A stretch of DNA of 64,000 nucleotides from contig CAWHQY010000017.1 of NCBI GenBank assembly GCA_963831505.1, positions 85,014 through 149,013 of the forward strand. Direction: 5' to 3'. The position numbers and the translations under genes are program-made. Under the pieces are notes generated by a model, which was given only the letters and a program-made list of their open reading frames with translations, did not search any database and was not told where the DNA came from. The first letter of the stretch is position 1; each line of letters begins with the position of its first letter. The stretch comes from an uncultured Alphaproteobacteria bacterium (GTDB lineage: Bacteria > Pseudomonadota > Alphaproteobacteria > Rhizobiales > Xanthobacteraceae). Shown piece by piece: positions 33,546-44,991 of this stretch.

Positions 33546-33764
33546 TTGGTATTGCCCTCTGGATCCAGGCAATGAAGTCACACTGTGCTCGGATTAGGGA
33601 AGACGCCAATTGTGATGGCGCGTATTCAACTACATAGTTAAATTTCAGAGGTTTTAGGTTTCAAATTGCTTTTTTGACAGCTTTTTAAGAGCGATTTCAT
33701 GCAAGGCCGGAATTAACCTTCGTAAGCTTTGTTATACAGGATGATGCCTTGCGGGCCCCTCGCT

Positions 33765-33974
33765 ATGCCTGATCGATTTCCGACTTTCGAAGTGATCTTG
33801 ATGAAGCGCGGTCGAAAATGGCGGTGGCGGGTATGCACGACCGAAGGGATGGCCATCATGCAAGGTTCCGAAGGCAATCGAACCGCTGCCAAATACCAAG
33901 CCGACCGAGCACTGTTCCTGCTGCTGCTCACGGCGCCCTATCGATTGCGCCGCCTGTCAGGGCTCGACAGTTAG
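33765..33974 (+). CDS. Small hypothetical protein
   Basis: FEVIL.KRGRKWRWRV...AAKYQADRALFLLL; recognisable type of small rhizobial ORF. Confidence 0.5.
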   Translation: MPDRFPTFEVILMKRGRKWRWRVCTTEGMAIMQGSEGNRTAAKYQADRALFLLLLTAPYRLRRLSGLDS

Positions 33975-34059
33975 GATGCTGCGATCTGCAGGTATTGAGA
34001 GTTCGAGCCGCAACGCTAAGAAGCTTGTCGTGACCGTCTGCATGGCTCGCTCTCTCGAC

Positions 34060-34407
34060 AGGTCGATTGTCGAGGCGTTCCAGGACGTCGCGAACGCCAT
34101 GGCCGACCGTGAAAAAGTTATTAACGAAGCCCGCGCATACGCGAGCAACCTCATTCCCAAAGCACGGGGCGAGGCTCGCATGCGGTTGAGCGAGGCGGAG
34201 GCCTACAAGCAACAGCGCGTCGCCGACGCTGTTGGCGAGACAAGCCGTTTTTTGGCGTTGCAGAAGGAGTATGAAAAGGCACCGGAAGTCACCAGGACAC
34301 GACTTTATTTGGAAGCAATGGAGAAGATTTTGCCCAAGCTGCAGCTCTATATTGTCGACTCGGATAAGGGACGTGTGCCCCTGCATCTAAGGATGACCGG
34401 CCCGTAA
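34060..34407 (+). pseudogene. C-terminal fragment of an HflK-like protein
   Basis: EAFQDV...INEARAY...IPKARGEA...AEAYK...GE..RF...EY.KAPEVTR.RLYLE; SPFH N-terminus absent. Confidence 0.7.
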
Positions 34408-34692
34408 ACGCTTCTTCCAGGAGACTGGTAGCGCTGCTGAGCCGGGCGTTGTCGATGCGATCGCAGCTTCGTCTATGGTCCAAAGCTACCAACCGTAGCG
34501 TTCAACGGTTGCCAGGTCCTGCGGGTCCGTTCGGTTCAGCTGATGAGACAACTCCTATACGCACGCGCCCGGGAAAATAGCGACGCGCGGGCGAAAAGCA
34601 GGGAAGAAACGCGCGATAGCCCCCAAGCGGGCCAGGTCAATTTGCACGCCGGCGGTCCCGCGGGCGCGGACGACATCTTCCGGCAAGGACGC

Positions 34693-35953
34693 TCACCCCT
34701 TGTACTCCATGATGTACAGGCCCGCGCCGCTCCAGTCGGTGCAGTAGCAAATGCCGTTCCTGTCGACGAACACGTCGGCCGAATGCAGGACGACCGGCCG
34801 GTTAGGACGCGGGTCGACCAGCTTCTTCGGCGCCGGCGGCACGCAGGCGCCGACCTCGACCGGACGGAACTGGTCGCTGATGTCGTAAACCCGCACGCCG
34901 GCGTTCTGGTAGGTGGCGAAGATCAGCGTCGAGCTCTGGAAACTTCCCGGCCGGTTCTCGTGAATGTTATGCGGCCCGAAATGGCCACCGACCGCGACAT
35001 AGTCCCGGTCGTTGGGCAGCGGGAAAGTGGCGATGCTGATCGGATTCGACTTCACCTGATTGTCGAACACCCAGATCGGCTTGAAGCCGTCCTCCATGTC
35101 GTCGAGCACCGCCTCGTCGAGCACGATGAGCAGATCGCGGTCGGGCAGCGGCAGGCAGTTGTGCGTGCCGCCGCCGAACGGCGGCGACCAGTTCCTGTGG
35201 ACGATCGGCTTCGGATTGCTCTTGTCGGTGACGTCGACCGTCACCAGGCAGCCGTCGCGCCAGGCGCAATAGGCGATGTCGTCGTGCGACGACCGCATGG
35301 TGCAGCCCGTAGCGCCCGCGCTCCAGCGGCCAGTTGGCCGTTTCGCCGGCCGCGAGGTTCATTCCCGGCAGCCAATAGCGGCCGACAATCTGCGGCTTGG
35401 TCGGGTCCTGCATGTCGATGGTGATGAGAATGTAGTCTGAGAATCCCTCGATCATCGCCGAGGCGTAGGCCCAGCGTCCGCCGACATACCAGATGCGATG
35501 CAGCCCGGTGCCGTCGACCGGCATGAAGCCGATCTGACGCGGCTCGGCCGGCTTGGAGATGTCGAACACGGCCATGCCGGCCGACCAGTTGCGCGCGCGC
35601 GGCGCTTCCTCGTGGCCGTGCGTGCCGGACTTCGGCTTGTAGTAGTTCCGCTCGTCCGCCATTTCGGGCTGAGAGAACATGTCGCGGCCGTGGACGAGGA
35701 GCAGGAGGTCGTCGTGCACCTGCAGATGCAGGCTCCAGGTGTTGGGCGGATTCTGGACGTAGTTGACCGTCTTCGGCCTGGTCGGGTCGCGAACGTCGAC
35801 GACCGAAAAACCCTTCGAGCAGACATGGCCGATATAGGCGTAGCCGTTGCGCACCATGATCTGCTGGCCGTCGGAGCGGCCGGCCTGATCGGAGTGGCCG
35901 ATCAGGCGCATGTTGCGCGCGTAGCTCGGCTTCAGCAGGTCAGTGTCGGTCAT
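34693..35953 (-). CDS. LVIVD-repeat beta-propeller protein (one frameshift near 35295)
   Basis: GFSVVDVRDP, GLHRIWYVGG, GGTHNCLP, GGHFGPHNIHE, NAGVRVYDI; two overlapping ORFs join into one gene. Confidence 0.8.
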
Positions 35954-35984
35954 GTCGTCGGTCCTCCTGTTCGGAATGTCCAGC

Positions 35985-37242
35985 TCAGCCCTTGTATTCG
36001 ACGATGTAGAGCCCGGCGCTGAAGTCGGTGACGTAGCAGAGCGCGTTCTTGTCGACGAACACGTCGGCCGAGTGCAGCACGATCGGCCGGTTCGGCCGCG
36101 GATCGACCCATTTGGCCGGCGGCGGCGGCACGAAGGCGGCAACTTCCTTCGGCCGGAACTGGTCCTTGATGTCGTAGACGCGCAGGCCGGCGTTCTGATA
36201 GGTCGCGAAGATCAGCTCGGAGCTGACGAAGCTGCCCGGCCGGTTCTCGTGGACGTTGTGCGGCCCGAAATGGCCGCCGACCTTCAGATAGTCCTTGTCC
36301 GACGGCGCCGGGAAGGTCGAGATGCTGATCGGGTTGGATTTCACCTGATTGTCGAACACCCAGATCGGCTTGAAGCCGTCCTCCTGATTGTCGAGCACGG
36401 TCTCGTCGACGACGATCAAGAGATTGCGGTCGGGCAGGGGCAGCGCATTGTGCGTGCCGCCGCCGAAGGGCGGCGCCCACGTCTTGTGGACGATGAGTTT
36501 CGGATTGGCCTTGTCCTTGACGTCGACCACGGCGAGGCAGGCGTCGCGCCAGCTGCAATAGGCGATGTCGTCGTGGATGATGGCGTGGTGCAGGCCGAAG
36601 CGGCCGTTCTTGGTCGGCCAGTTCGCTTTCTCGCCGGCCGCGACGTTCATGCCGGGCAGCCAATATTTGCCGGCCAGCACCGGCTTCTTCGGGTCCTGCA
36701 TGTCGATGGTGATCAGGATGTAGTCGGAGAAGCCGTCGAGCAGCGCCGAGGCGTAGGCCCAGCGTCCGCCGACATACCAGAGCCGGTGCAGGCCGGTGCC
36801 CTCGACCGGCATGAAGCCGATCTGTTTGGGATCGTCGGGTTTCGAGATGTCGTAGACGGCCATGCCCGCCGACCAGTTGCTGGCCGGCCGCTTCCTGCTT
36901 GGCGTGGTGATCGACCGAACCCTTGTAGTAGTTCTTCTCGTCGGCGAGTTCGGGCTGGGCGAACATGTCCTTGTTGTGGATGACGAGGAGCAGGTCGTCG
37001 AAGGCCTGCAGATGGAGCGTCCAGGTGTTCGGCGGCGCGGCGACGTATTTCACCACCTTCGGGCTGCTCGGATCGCGCACGTCGACGACCGTGAAGCCCT
37101 TCGAGAAAATGTGGCCGATATAGGCGTAGCCGCGATGCACCATGATCTGCACGCCGTCGCAGCGGCCGCCCTGATCGCTGTGGCCGACGAGGCGCATGTT
37201 GCTGGTGGCGTAGTCGGGCTTTGGAAGGTCGCTGCTGGGCAT
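35985..37242 (-). CDS. LVIVD-repeat beta-propeller protein, paralog (one frameshift near 36885)
   Basis: Same motifs as the downstream paralog; split between two frames. Confidence 0.8.
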
Positions 37243-37414
37243 CGTATCGTCTCCGCGTTTGATTTTTTTGCCGCGCGACAAGAACTGGCGCGGGCTGCCA
37301 ACTGGGGTCGGTCGGGTTTGTCGGAGCCTCCGGTACGGCTCGCCGAGGCTGCGGGCGGGGCCCGGAAAAAGGACGGCGCGCGCCTATCGCGCGTCGCCCC
37401 TCGTCGTCAGAGGG

Positions 37415-38545
37415 CTACTTGACGCCCCAGATCTTCTTGTATTGATCCTTGTAGCCGTTGCCGGGATCGAAGATGTTCTGCGCGCCGCCGTCCTTGTCGA
37501 TGTTGGCGTTGATGAACAGATGCACGGCGCCACGTAGCCGCTCGGCGGCTGGCCGGCGAAGGCGCGGTTCAGTTCGTCGATGCACTGCCAGCCGTGCAGG
37601 TGCAGCGGCTCGGCGACGGTGGCGATCTGGTACTGCTTCTGCGCGGATGCGCTGGAAGGCCGGCACCGAGCCGTCGCCGGCGGAGATCTGGCGCGGATAG
37701 CCGGCGGCCGGATCGACGCCGGCCGACTTGCAGCGACGGCGCCGAGAAGTCGAAGTAGAGGTCGTTCACGGCGATCGAGTAGGTCCAGTCCTTGCCATAC
37801 TTGGAGAGCAGCGACGTGGTGAGCTGACCCATGCGGTTGGAGAGATCGCCGATCGGGGTGTCCTCGACCGACAGCACCTTGCAGCCCTTGCATCCCTCGA
37901 CCGCCGCCTTTTCGGCGTTGGTCTTGGCGGTGGCGATCGCGTAGATCGAGTCGGTGAACAGGATGACGTTGGCCTTGCCGCCCGAATCGACGACGGCGTA
38001 GAGACCGGACGCCTTGGCGACCTCGAGCGGATCGGTGGTGATGTTGGTGAAGACGCCGGGAACTCCGTCGATCTTGCCGGGGCCGGGGCCGGAGTGCCAA
38101 CCGACGACCTTGATCGCCTGCCGCGACCGCCTGCTCGATGATCGGCGCCTGCTCGGCGGCGTCGATCGTGCCGAGAATGATGCCGTCGGGCTTCAGCGCG
38201 ATCGCCTGGGTCAGCGCGGACGAGCGCGCCGGGACCGAGCCCTGCCCGTCGAGGATGCGGAAGTCCCAGCCGATCGCCTTGGCGGCCTCCTGGGCGCCGT
38301 CGCCGACGCCCTGCGCGCCGCCGTTCTTCTGGTCGGCCGAGACGTAGATGACCAGCTTCTTGCCTTGCGCCTTCGGACCGGTGGTCGGGCCGGTCCAGGT
38401 CGTGACCGGCGCCGCCGCCTGCGGCGACGTAGTCCTTGGCCATTTTCATGAAGGCATCGTCGGCCGCTTGGGCCAAGACGATAGGCAATGCGACGATTGC
38501 CGCCGAAGCCAACAGGCTCCCGCCGATCAAACGAAATTTCAACAT
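37415..38545 (-). pseudogene. Sugar ABC substrate-binding protein, multiply frameshifted
   Basis: MLKFRLIGG signal peptide; fragments in several frames (EDTPIGDLSNRM, TVAEPLHLHGWQCIDELNRAF, YKKIWGVK). Confidence 0.75.
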
Positions 38546-38691
38546 CCTTTCCTCCCTGTTCCCTGTGAGATGCTGGCAAGCCATCGGCTCGCCAGGCCGG
38601 TTGTCCCGGCGCTTCAGCGACGGTCAAGATTGGCCGCCGATACCGGCTAATCGGGCGATTTCGCTGGAAACCAGGGCTGCCCTACTTGCTC

Positions 38692-39741
38692 CTAGCTCGA
38701 ATCTTGCACGGCACGCGTCGGTCGCGCGACGGTGCGCCGGCGCTGCGCGAAGGCGGCCAGCGCGATGGAAATGACCAGCGTCGTGCCGTTGAACAGCGGT
38801 TCGACGAAGAACGCTCCGCCGAGCTGCTGGATGCCGGAAATGCCGACGGCGAGGATCAAGACGCCAAAGATCGTGCCCCAGACATTGACCCGGCCGGGCT
38901 TGATCGTGGTCGAGCCGAGGAATGCGCCGACGAGCGCGGGCAAGCAGATAGTCGAGCCCGACATTGGCCTGGCCGATCCTGAGCTTGGCGGCGAGCACGC
39001 AGCCGGCGAAGTCCGGCGATCAGCCCGGAGGCGACGAACACGCCGATGACGTAGGCCCTGACCGGGATGCCGTTGAGCGCGGCCGCCTTCTCGTTGGCGC
39101 CGATCGCGTAGACGTGGCGACCGAGCGGCAGCCGCTCGCTGACGATCCAGAGAGCGACGGCCAGGACGAGTCACGTAGACGGCGGGGATCGGAATGCCGG
39201 CGATCGACATCGTGTTGATGGCGATGAAGCCCGGCGGCAGCGCGCCGATGATCTGGCGCCCGTCGGTGTGCCAGAGCGCGAGCGCGTAGAGGATCGTGCC
39301 GGTGCCGAGCGTGGCGATGAAGGAATCGATTTGCGCGACCTCGACGAGCAGGCCGTTGATCAGGCCGACCAGCGCTCCGCAGGCGACGACGATCAGAATG
39401 GCCAGCGGCCACGGGACGCCGAACTTGACCTGCAGGCTGATCGCCAGGATGTGCCACATGACGATGCCGAAGCCGACGGTGAGGTCGATGCGGCCGGCCA
39501 TCATCGGCAACGTCGCGGCCAGCGACAGCAGCGCGATGATCGCCTTGTCGCTGAGGATCGAGCGCACGTTGAGCGCGGTCGGGAACGTGTCCGGCAGAAG
39601 GAGCGAGAAGAAGACGATCAGCAGGATCGTCAGGATCGGCAGGCCATAGACCGGCAGCAGACGTCCGATCGCTCGCCAGCGCGACAGCCCGGCGAGTTCC
39701 GACCGTGTCGGCTCGAGCGCGTTGGACTTAATGGACTGCAT
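38692..39741 (-). CDS. Sugar ABC permease (compensating frameshifts ~38945-39170)
   Basis: RIDLTVG, IDSFIATLG, LPALVGAFLGST; garbled middle segment. Confidence 0.78.
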   Translation of the reverse strand: MQSIKSNALEPTRSELAGLSRWRAIGRLLPVYGLPILTILLIVFFSLLLPDTFPTALNVRSILSDKAIIALLSLAATLPMMAGRIDLTVGFGIVMWHILAISLQVKFGVPWPLAILIVVACGALVGLINGLLVEVAQIDSFIATLGTGTILYALALWHTDGRQIIGALPPGFIAINTMSIAGIPIPAVYVTRPGRRSLDRQRAAAARSPRLRDRRQREGGRAQRHPGQGLRHRRVRRLRADRRTSPAACSPPSSGSARPMSGSTICLPALVGAFLGSTTIKPGRVNVWGTIFGVLILAVGISGIQQLGGAFFVEPLFNGTTLVISIALAAFAQRRRTVARPTRAVQDSS

Positions 39742-41328
39742 GAGCGTCCCGGTCCTGATCGATGAAAACGGCGGCCGCCGCTTTGGCGGAGTGCCCGATG
39801 CTGGCGGAGGCCGCGGCAAGCAGATTTTCGACCGACAGGTCGGCGGCGGCGAGTTCAGCGACGACGCGGCCGCGGTCGAAGACCAGCGCGCGGTGGCACA
39901 CCTTGGCGACCTCCTCGAAATCGGTCGACACGATCACGATAGCGGCGCCCGCCTGGAGAGCCACGTCGAACAGCCGGTAGATCTCCGCCTTGGCGCCGAC
40001 ATCGACGCCGGCGGTCGGATCCTCGAAGACGTAGACCTTCGCGGCGAGGTGCAGCCAGCGCCCGACCACGACCTTCTGCTGATTGCCGCCTGACAAGAGC
40101 TCGATCGGCAGCGTCGGATCGTTCGGCCTCACGCCCAGACGCTGACCTAGGTCCAAAGCGGCTCGGCTTTCGCGACCCGGCGCCAGCATGGAGAACAGGC
40201 GAAGGCCCGCGGCGACCGGATTGAGGAACAGGTTCTCGCGCACGGTCAGGTTCGGCATGATCGATTCGCCGACCCGATCGGCGCAGACCAGATTGATGCC
40301 GGAGCGCATCGCCTCGCGCGGCGAGCCGCTGCTATCGTTTCGCCGTCGAGCAGAACGCGTCCGCCGCTGGTCGGGATCACGCCGAACAGCGCCCGACCGA
40401 CGCTTTCCTGACCTGCGCCGCGCAGACCGACGAAACCGATGATCTCGCCGGCGTGAATTTCGCAATCGACCGGACCGACCGCGTCGACCATGACCGATTC
40501 GAGCACCAGACGCGGCGAGCCACGTCGCTTCGCGGGACGGCGGAAGACCTGCGACGGCTCGCGGCCGACGATCAGCAGGATCGCCTCGTCCGGCGTGGTT
40601 TCCGTCACGATGCGCTCGCCGACGACGCGGCCGTCGCGCAGGACGACCATCCGGTCGGCGATCTCGAACACTTCGTCGAGCCGATGCGACACGTAGATCA
40701 TGCCGACGCCGCGCGCGCGCAGTCGGCGCAGCGCGGCGAACAGCCGCGCCACCTCATCCGCCGGCAGGCTGGCGGTGGGCTCGTCGAGCACCAGGATCTC
40801 GGCCTCGGCGGCGAGCGCCCGGGCGATCGCGACAAGGGATTTCTCGGTTCGGCTCAGGCCCTGGATCCGGACATCGGGGTCGATGTCGGCGCCGAGCGTT
40901 TCCAGCGCGGCGGCGGCGCGCCGGCGCGCCGCGGCCCAATCGATCAGGCCGTGGCGGCGCGGAAAACCGAGGGTCAGGCAGATGTTCTCGGCGACCGTCA
41001 TCCAATCGATCAGGCCGAGATCCTGATGGATGAAGGCGATCGGCAGGCGCCGCAGCGAATTCGTGACGTCGGCGCCGCGAAAGGTCACACTGCCCTTGTC
41101 GAGCGTGTAGACCCCGGCGAGGATCTTGATCAAGGTGGACTTGCCCGCGCCATTCTCGCCGAGCAGCGCCAGGATTTCGCCTGCCTTGAGATACATGCCG
41201 ACATCGCTCAGCGCCTGCGTGCCGCCGAACTGCTTCGAGACGTCGCGCACGACCAGGATTTGGTCGCTGCCCGGCTCGACGCCGGCGTTCCGATCGGCGG
41301 TGTTGAGGTTTTGCCCCCCAGCATCCAT
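39728..41328 (-). CDS. Sugar ABC ATP-binding protein (frameshift near 40325)
   Basis: GENGAGKST, LDEPTASL, VSHRLDE, LSGGNQQK in two frames. Confidence 0.82.
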
Positions 41329-41719
41329 CGACGTTTCCTCTCGCCCTTGGGCTCGTTGGCCCAACATCCCGCGATTTCGCGGTAAATTTATCGCAGCTCT
41401 GCGAGAAGCTGCCGGCCTCGAAGCCAGAACGCGGCGGGCTTGGGCCTTTCAGCCTATCTACGGCGCCGCCGGCTCGGGCCCCAAAGCCCAAGTCTTAATC
41501 ACCCAATTGCACCCGCCATGGAACACAAATAGAGAAAAATCCAGTATGGTTGTCAATCTGATTTCCTATGTATCTTGGATTAGGCATCTCAACGTTTTTA
41601 GCCAAGGCGCGAATAGATGTCGCCAGAAGATGTCAGACAGCTTGGACGCGCTTCTGAGGCCGTGGGCGAAAATTGGGGCGCTCGCTAGCACAACCTCCGC
41701 GTTTTGGGGGAGCATTCAA

Positions 41720-41812
41720 CCGGTTCGGCGTCTCGCGGCCCGTGGTGCGAGAGGCGCTTTCACATTTGCGCTCCATGGGCTTCATCGTATCCGGCAAGGG
41801 CTCCGGCAGCTG
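41720..41812 (+). pseudogene. GntR/FadR HTH fragment
   Basis: RFGVSRPVVREALSHLRSMGFIVSGKGSG; divergent from the ABC operon, rest of gene missing. Confidence 0.65.
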
Positions 41813-42212
41813 TACGCGAAGAGACAATCATCACACTCACAGGAGTCCATGCTGCCAAACAAGGTGCTCAGATTCAGAGGCACGCCTTACGCAAGATTTC
41901 AGGAGAGGATTTGAATGGCAGCAAGCAAATGTCGTTTAGGCCCAGAGACCGGCCGTCCACGAAGGCGCCGAAGCGGCGCAGGACTTCGCGCCGAGAGGCC
42001 TACACACGCGGGTTCGGGTTTCCGACCTACAAAATGGTCGGCGGCAGAGCAACGGCGCCACGCGGGCGATGCGTGATAGAATTCTTTAGGGCTATTGTCA
42101 TCGATGCTGTGGGCAGCTTGGCATTGCGCAGCTTCCGCCGGCCAGCTTATCAGTTGAGGGGGCGTCAGGAAGCCGGTGGCGCCGCTCCTGACCCTGAATT
42201 CCAGCCGTCCGA

Positions 42213-43589
42213 CTATGATCGAAAGATTAGATCAAGCAAGAGCGGCTTGACGTCGGTCGCCGCCAATTTCGTTTTACCGAGCGGCTCACTCGAAATCACG
42301 AGTGGGCCGTCCTCGGTTTTGTCGGTGAGGCGGCCATGCGATCCCCGTACCAGCGACGCGTCTAGCGGAATGACATCCATCAGGGTGCGGAATCCCAGTT
42401 TGCGCATGAGCAGACGCTTGCCAATAGCGAGCTTCGGCGACGAGATGCCGGGATCGATGAAAAGCTCGACTGGATCGTATCCGGGCTTGCGGTGAATTTC
42501 GACCGTGCGGGCAAAGTCCGGCGCACGGTCATTGTCGTTCCAATAATAGTAAGTGAACCACGACTGAGAGTCGGCGATCGCGACGAGTTCACCGGATCGT
42601 CGGTGATCGAGATGGATAAGGGATTTGTCCGTTTCGTCGTAAACCCGTTCTATGCCATCCAGTCTCCTTAAAAGATCCTTCACTTTCGCTTGCAACCCCA
42701 TATCGGACAGATAGATGTGCGCGATCTGGTGGTCGGCTACGGCAAAGGCTTTGGAAGCGATAGGATCGAGCAACTCGCCGCCGTCCTCTTCTCGCACGGA
42801 CAACAGGCCGGCGTCGCGAAGCGCCCTGTTGATGTGGATGGGCCGATCGACGGGGGTGATCCCGTATTCCGACAGAATGATGACTGAGCGTCCGCTGGCA
42901 CGTGCCGCGTCGACGAGGTCGCCCACGACGGTGTCAATTTCGGTCAGCGATTGCCGGATATTTGGATGAGTTTCATCGGGGCCGAAGCGCTGTAGATCGT
43001 AGTCGAGATGCGGAAGGTAGGCGAGGGTCAGGGTTGGGTTGGCCTCGGCCATCACGAACTTGCTCGCGTCGGCGATCCAGCGCGTGGAGACGATCGAAGT
43101 CCCTGGTCCCCAAAACTGGAATAGGGGAAATGGTCCAAATCGTTCCGTCAGTTGATCCCGTAATTGACCTGGCACGGTGTAGCAATCGGGCAGCTTGCGA
43201 CCATCCGCCTTGTAGATAGGGCGCGGGGTGGCGCCGAAATCATGGCTCGACGCCATGTTGTACCACCAGAACATGTTGGCGCAGGTGAAAGCGGGATTAC
43301 GCTTCTTGGCGGCCTCCCAAATCTTCTCGCCGCCGACGAGTCGATTGGATTGGCGCCACAGAAAGATTTCCATCTGATCGCGGAACAACCAGCCGTTCGC
43401 CACGACGCCGTGATCTCGCGGGGAGAGCCCCGTCATGAAACTTGCCTGTACGCTGCAGGTGACAGCGGGAGTTACAGTATCAAGTGCGGCCATACCGCCT
43501 TCGCGGGCAAGCGCCGAAAGTCTTGGCGTCAAAGGTCCCAGGTGCCGTGGCGTCAATCCGACCACGATCATCGCCAATACTGCCTTCAA
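42213..43589 (-). CDS. eboF: EboF, alkaline phosphatase/nucleotide pyrophosphatase family
   Basis: VVGLT, PAVTCSVQ, ANMFWWYNM, YLPHLDYDLQR, IHRKPGYDPVELF, GSHG; TTG start after ggagg. Confidence 0.85.
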   Translation of the reverse strand: MKAVLAMIVVGLTPRHLGPLTPRLSALAREGGMAALDTVTPAVTCSVQASFMTGLSPRDHGVVANGWLFRDQMEIFLWRQSNRLVGGEKIWEAAKKRNPAFTCANMFWWYNMASSHDFGATPRPIYKADGRKLPDCYTVPGQLRDQLTERFGPFPLFQFWGPGTSIVSTRWIADASKFVMAEANPTLTLAYLPHLDYDLQRFGPDETHPNIRQSLTEIDTVVGDLVDAARASGRSVIILSEYGITPVDRPIHINRALRDAGLLSVREEDGGELLDPIASKAFAVADHQIAHIYLSDMGLQAKVKDLLRRLDGIERVYDETDKSLIHLDHRRSGELVAIADSQSWFTYYYWNDNDRAPDFARTVEIHRKPGYDPVELFIDPGISSPKLAIGKRLLMRKLGFRTLMDVIPLDASLVRGSHGRLTDKTEDGPLVISSEPLGKTKLAATDVKPLLLDLIFRS

Positions 43590-43809
43590 CGCCTGCCTCC
43601 GCCTGCTGAGCCGGAACAATTTCCGTCACTTCGGTCGCATTGCAGCGGGACCGAGCGAAACGGCTTGCCAAACTGGCAAGCATAATGGCACGCTGTCCAA
43701 TAAAATGGGAAGCGAGAGGCGGTTTTCCAGGCGAGCCGCGGATCGTTTCGTGACCATTCGCCGGCGCCGTCTGCACCACAAGAACGAGGGCGCCGCGTGG
43801 GAGGATGCC

Positions 43810-44991
43810 ATGCTCGATACGCCCTCGCAAAGCACCGAAGACGTTCGACTGCAGACGTTCAGCGTCAGCTATGAATATCCAGTGGTCTTTACCCGCGATG
43901 CGTTTGCGCTCGGAAATCGTTGCCTGTTTGATGCGCTGTCGCGGCGAGAACCCTGCAAGCGGCACAGATGTCTGATTTGTGTTGACGAAGGTGTCCTGGC
44001 ATCGCTTCCGGATCTTGCTTCGCAGATCGAAAACTACGCTGCGGCGCACGCCGGAAGCATCGATCTGGTCGGACTTGTACCGGTCGCGGGAGGCGAAATC
44101 TGCAAGAACGATCCGAAAACCACTCCCAACCTGCTTGAGATCCTTTCGCAACGCGCGATCGATCGGCACTCCTTTGTAATTGCGGTCGGAGGCGGCGCTG
44201 TCCTCGATGCGGTCGGTTATGCGTCGACGATCTTTCATCGTGGCGTCCGCCACATTCGTTTTCCGACTACGGTGCTGGCACAGGATGACAGCGGCGTCGG
44301 CGTCAAGAACGCCGTCAATTTGTTCGGTCTAAAGAACCTGATCGGCACCTTTGCGCCGCCCTGGGCGATCATCAATGACAGCGCATTCGTCGACATACTG
44401 CCGCCGCGCGAGAAGCGAGCAGGCATGGCCGAAGCCGTTAAGGTTGCCTTGATACGCGACGGCAAGTTTTTCGAGTGGCTCGAAGCCCATTCGGATGCGC
44501 TTGTCCGCTTTTCCCGGCCGCATCTTGATCATCTTATCAGGGGCAGCGCCGAGCTTCACATGCGCCAAATCAGGCTTGGCGGCGACCCGTTCGAAATGGG
44601 GTCGGCGCGTCCGCTGGATTTCGGTCATTGGTCCGCGCACAAGCTCGAGCAGTTGACGAAAAATCAACTCAATCACGGCGAGGCCGTGGCGATCGGCATT
44701 GCGCTCGACACGCGCTATTCAGTCTTGTCCGGCCGTCTTGCCGCGGGCGAGGACGAGCGTGTCGTGGGTCTTCTTCAACGGCTTGGTTTCGACTTGTGGC
44801 ACGACAAGCTGCGGCAGTGCGATTCGCGGGGCGCGCCTTTGGTGCTGAAGGGGCTCGCGGATTTCCGGGAACATCTCGGTGGCGAGTTGACCGTTACGCT
44901 CCTCGCCGAAATCGGCCGTGGCGTGGAAGTGCACGAGATGGACGAACGAATTGTCGGCAGTTGTATTGACTGGCTTGAACAACGGGCGTGA
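43810..44991 (+). CDS. eboD: EboD, 3-dehydroquinate synthase-like sugar-phosphate cyclase
   Basis: GGE..KN, IDRHS, GGGAVLD, PTTVLAQDDSGVGVKN, GSARPLDFGHWSAHKLE, FREHLGG. Confidence 0.87.
   Translation: MLDTPSQSTEDVRLQTFSVSYEYPVVFTRDAFALGNRCLFDALSRREPCKRHRCLICVDEGVLASLPDLASQIENYAAAHAGSIDLVGLVPVAGGEICKNDPKTTPNLLEILSQRAIDRHSFVIAVGGGAVLDAVGYASTIFHRGVRHIRFPTTVLAQDDSGVGVKNAVNLFGLKNLIGTFAPPWAIINDSAFVDILPPREKRAGMAEAVKVALIRDGKFFEWLEAHSDALVRFSRPHLDHLIRGSAELHMRQIRLGGDPFEMGSARPLDFGHWSAHKLEQLTKNQLNHGEAVAIGIALDTRYSVLSGRLAAGEDERVVGLLQRLGFDLWHDKLRQCDSRGAPLVLKGLADFREHLGGELTVTLLAEIGRGVEVHEMDERIVGSCIDWLEQRA

Noticed and set aside
43660-43700. Sigma-54 promoter before eboD/eboF (TGGCAC/TGGCAA)
   Set aside because: No GC at the required 10-nt spacing from GG on either strand.
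43810-44991. Calling this aroB of the shikimate pathway
   Set aside because: GSARPLDFGHWSAHKLE and FREHLGG motifs plus the ebo context indicate EboD.
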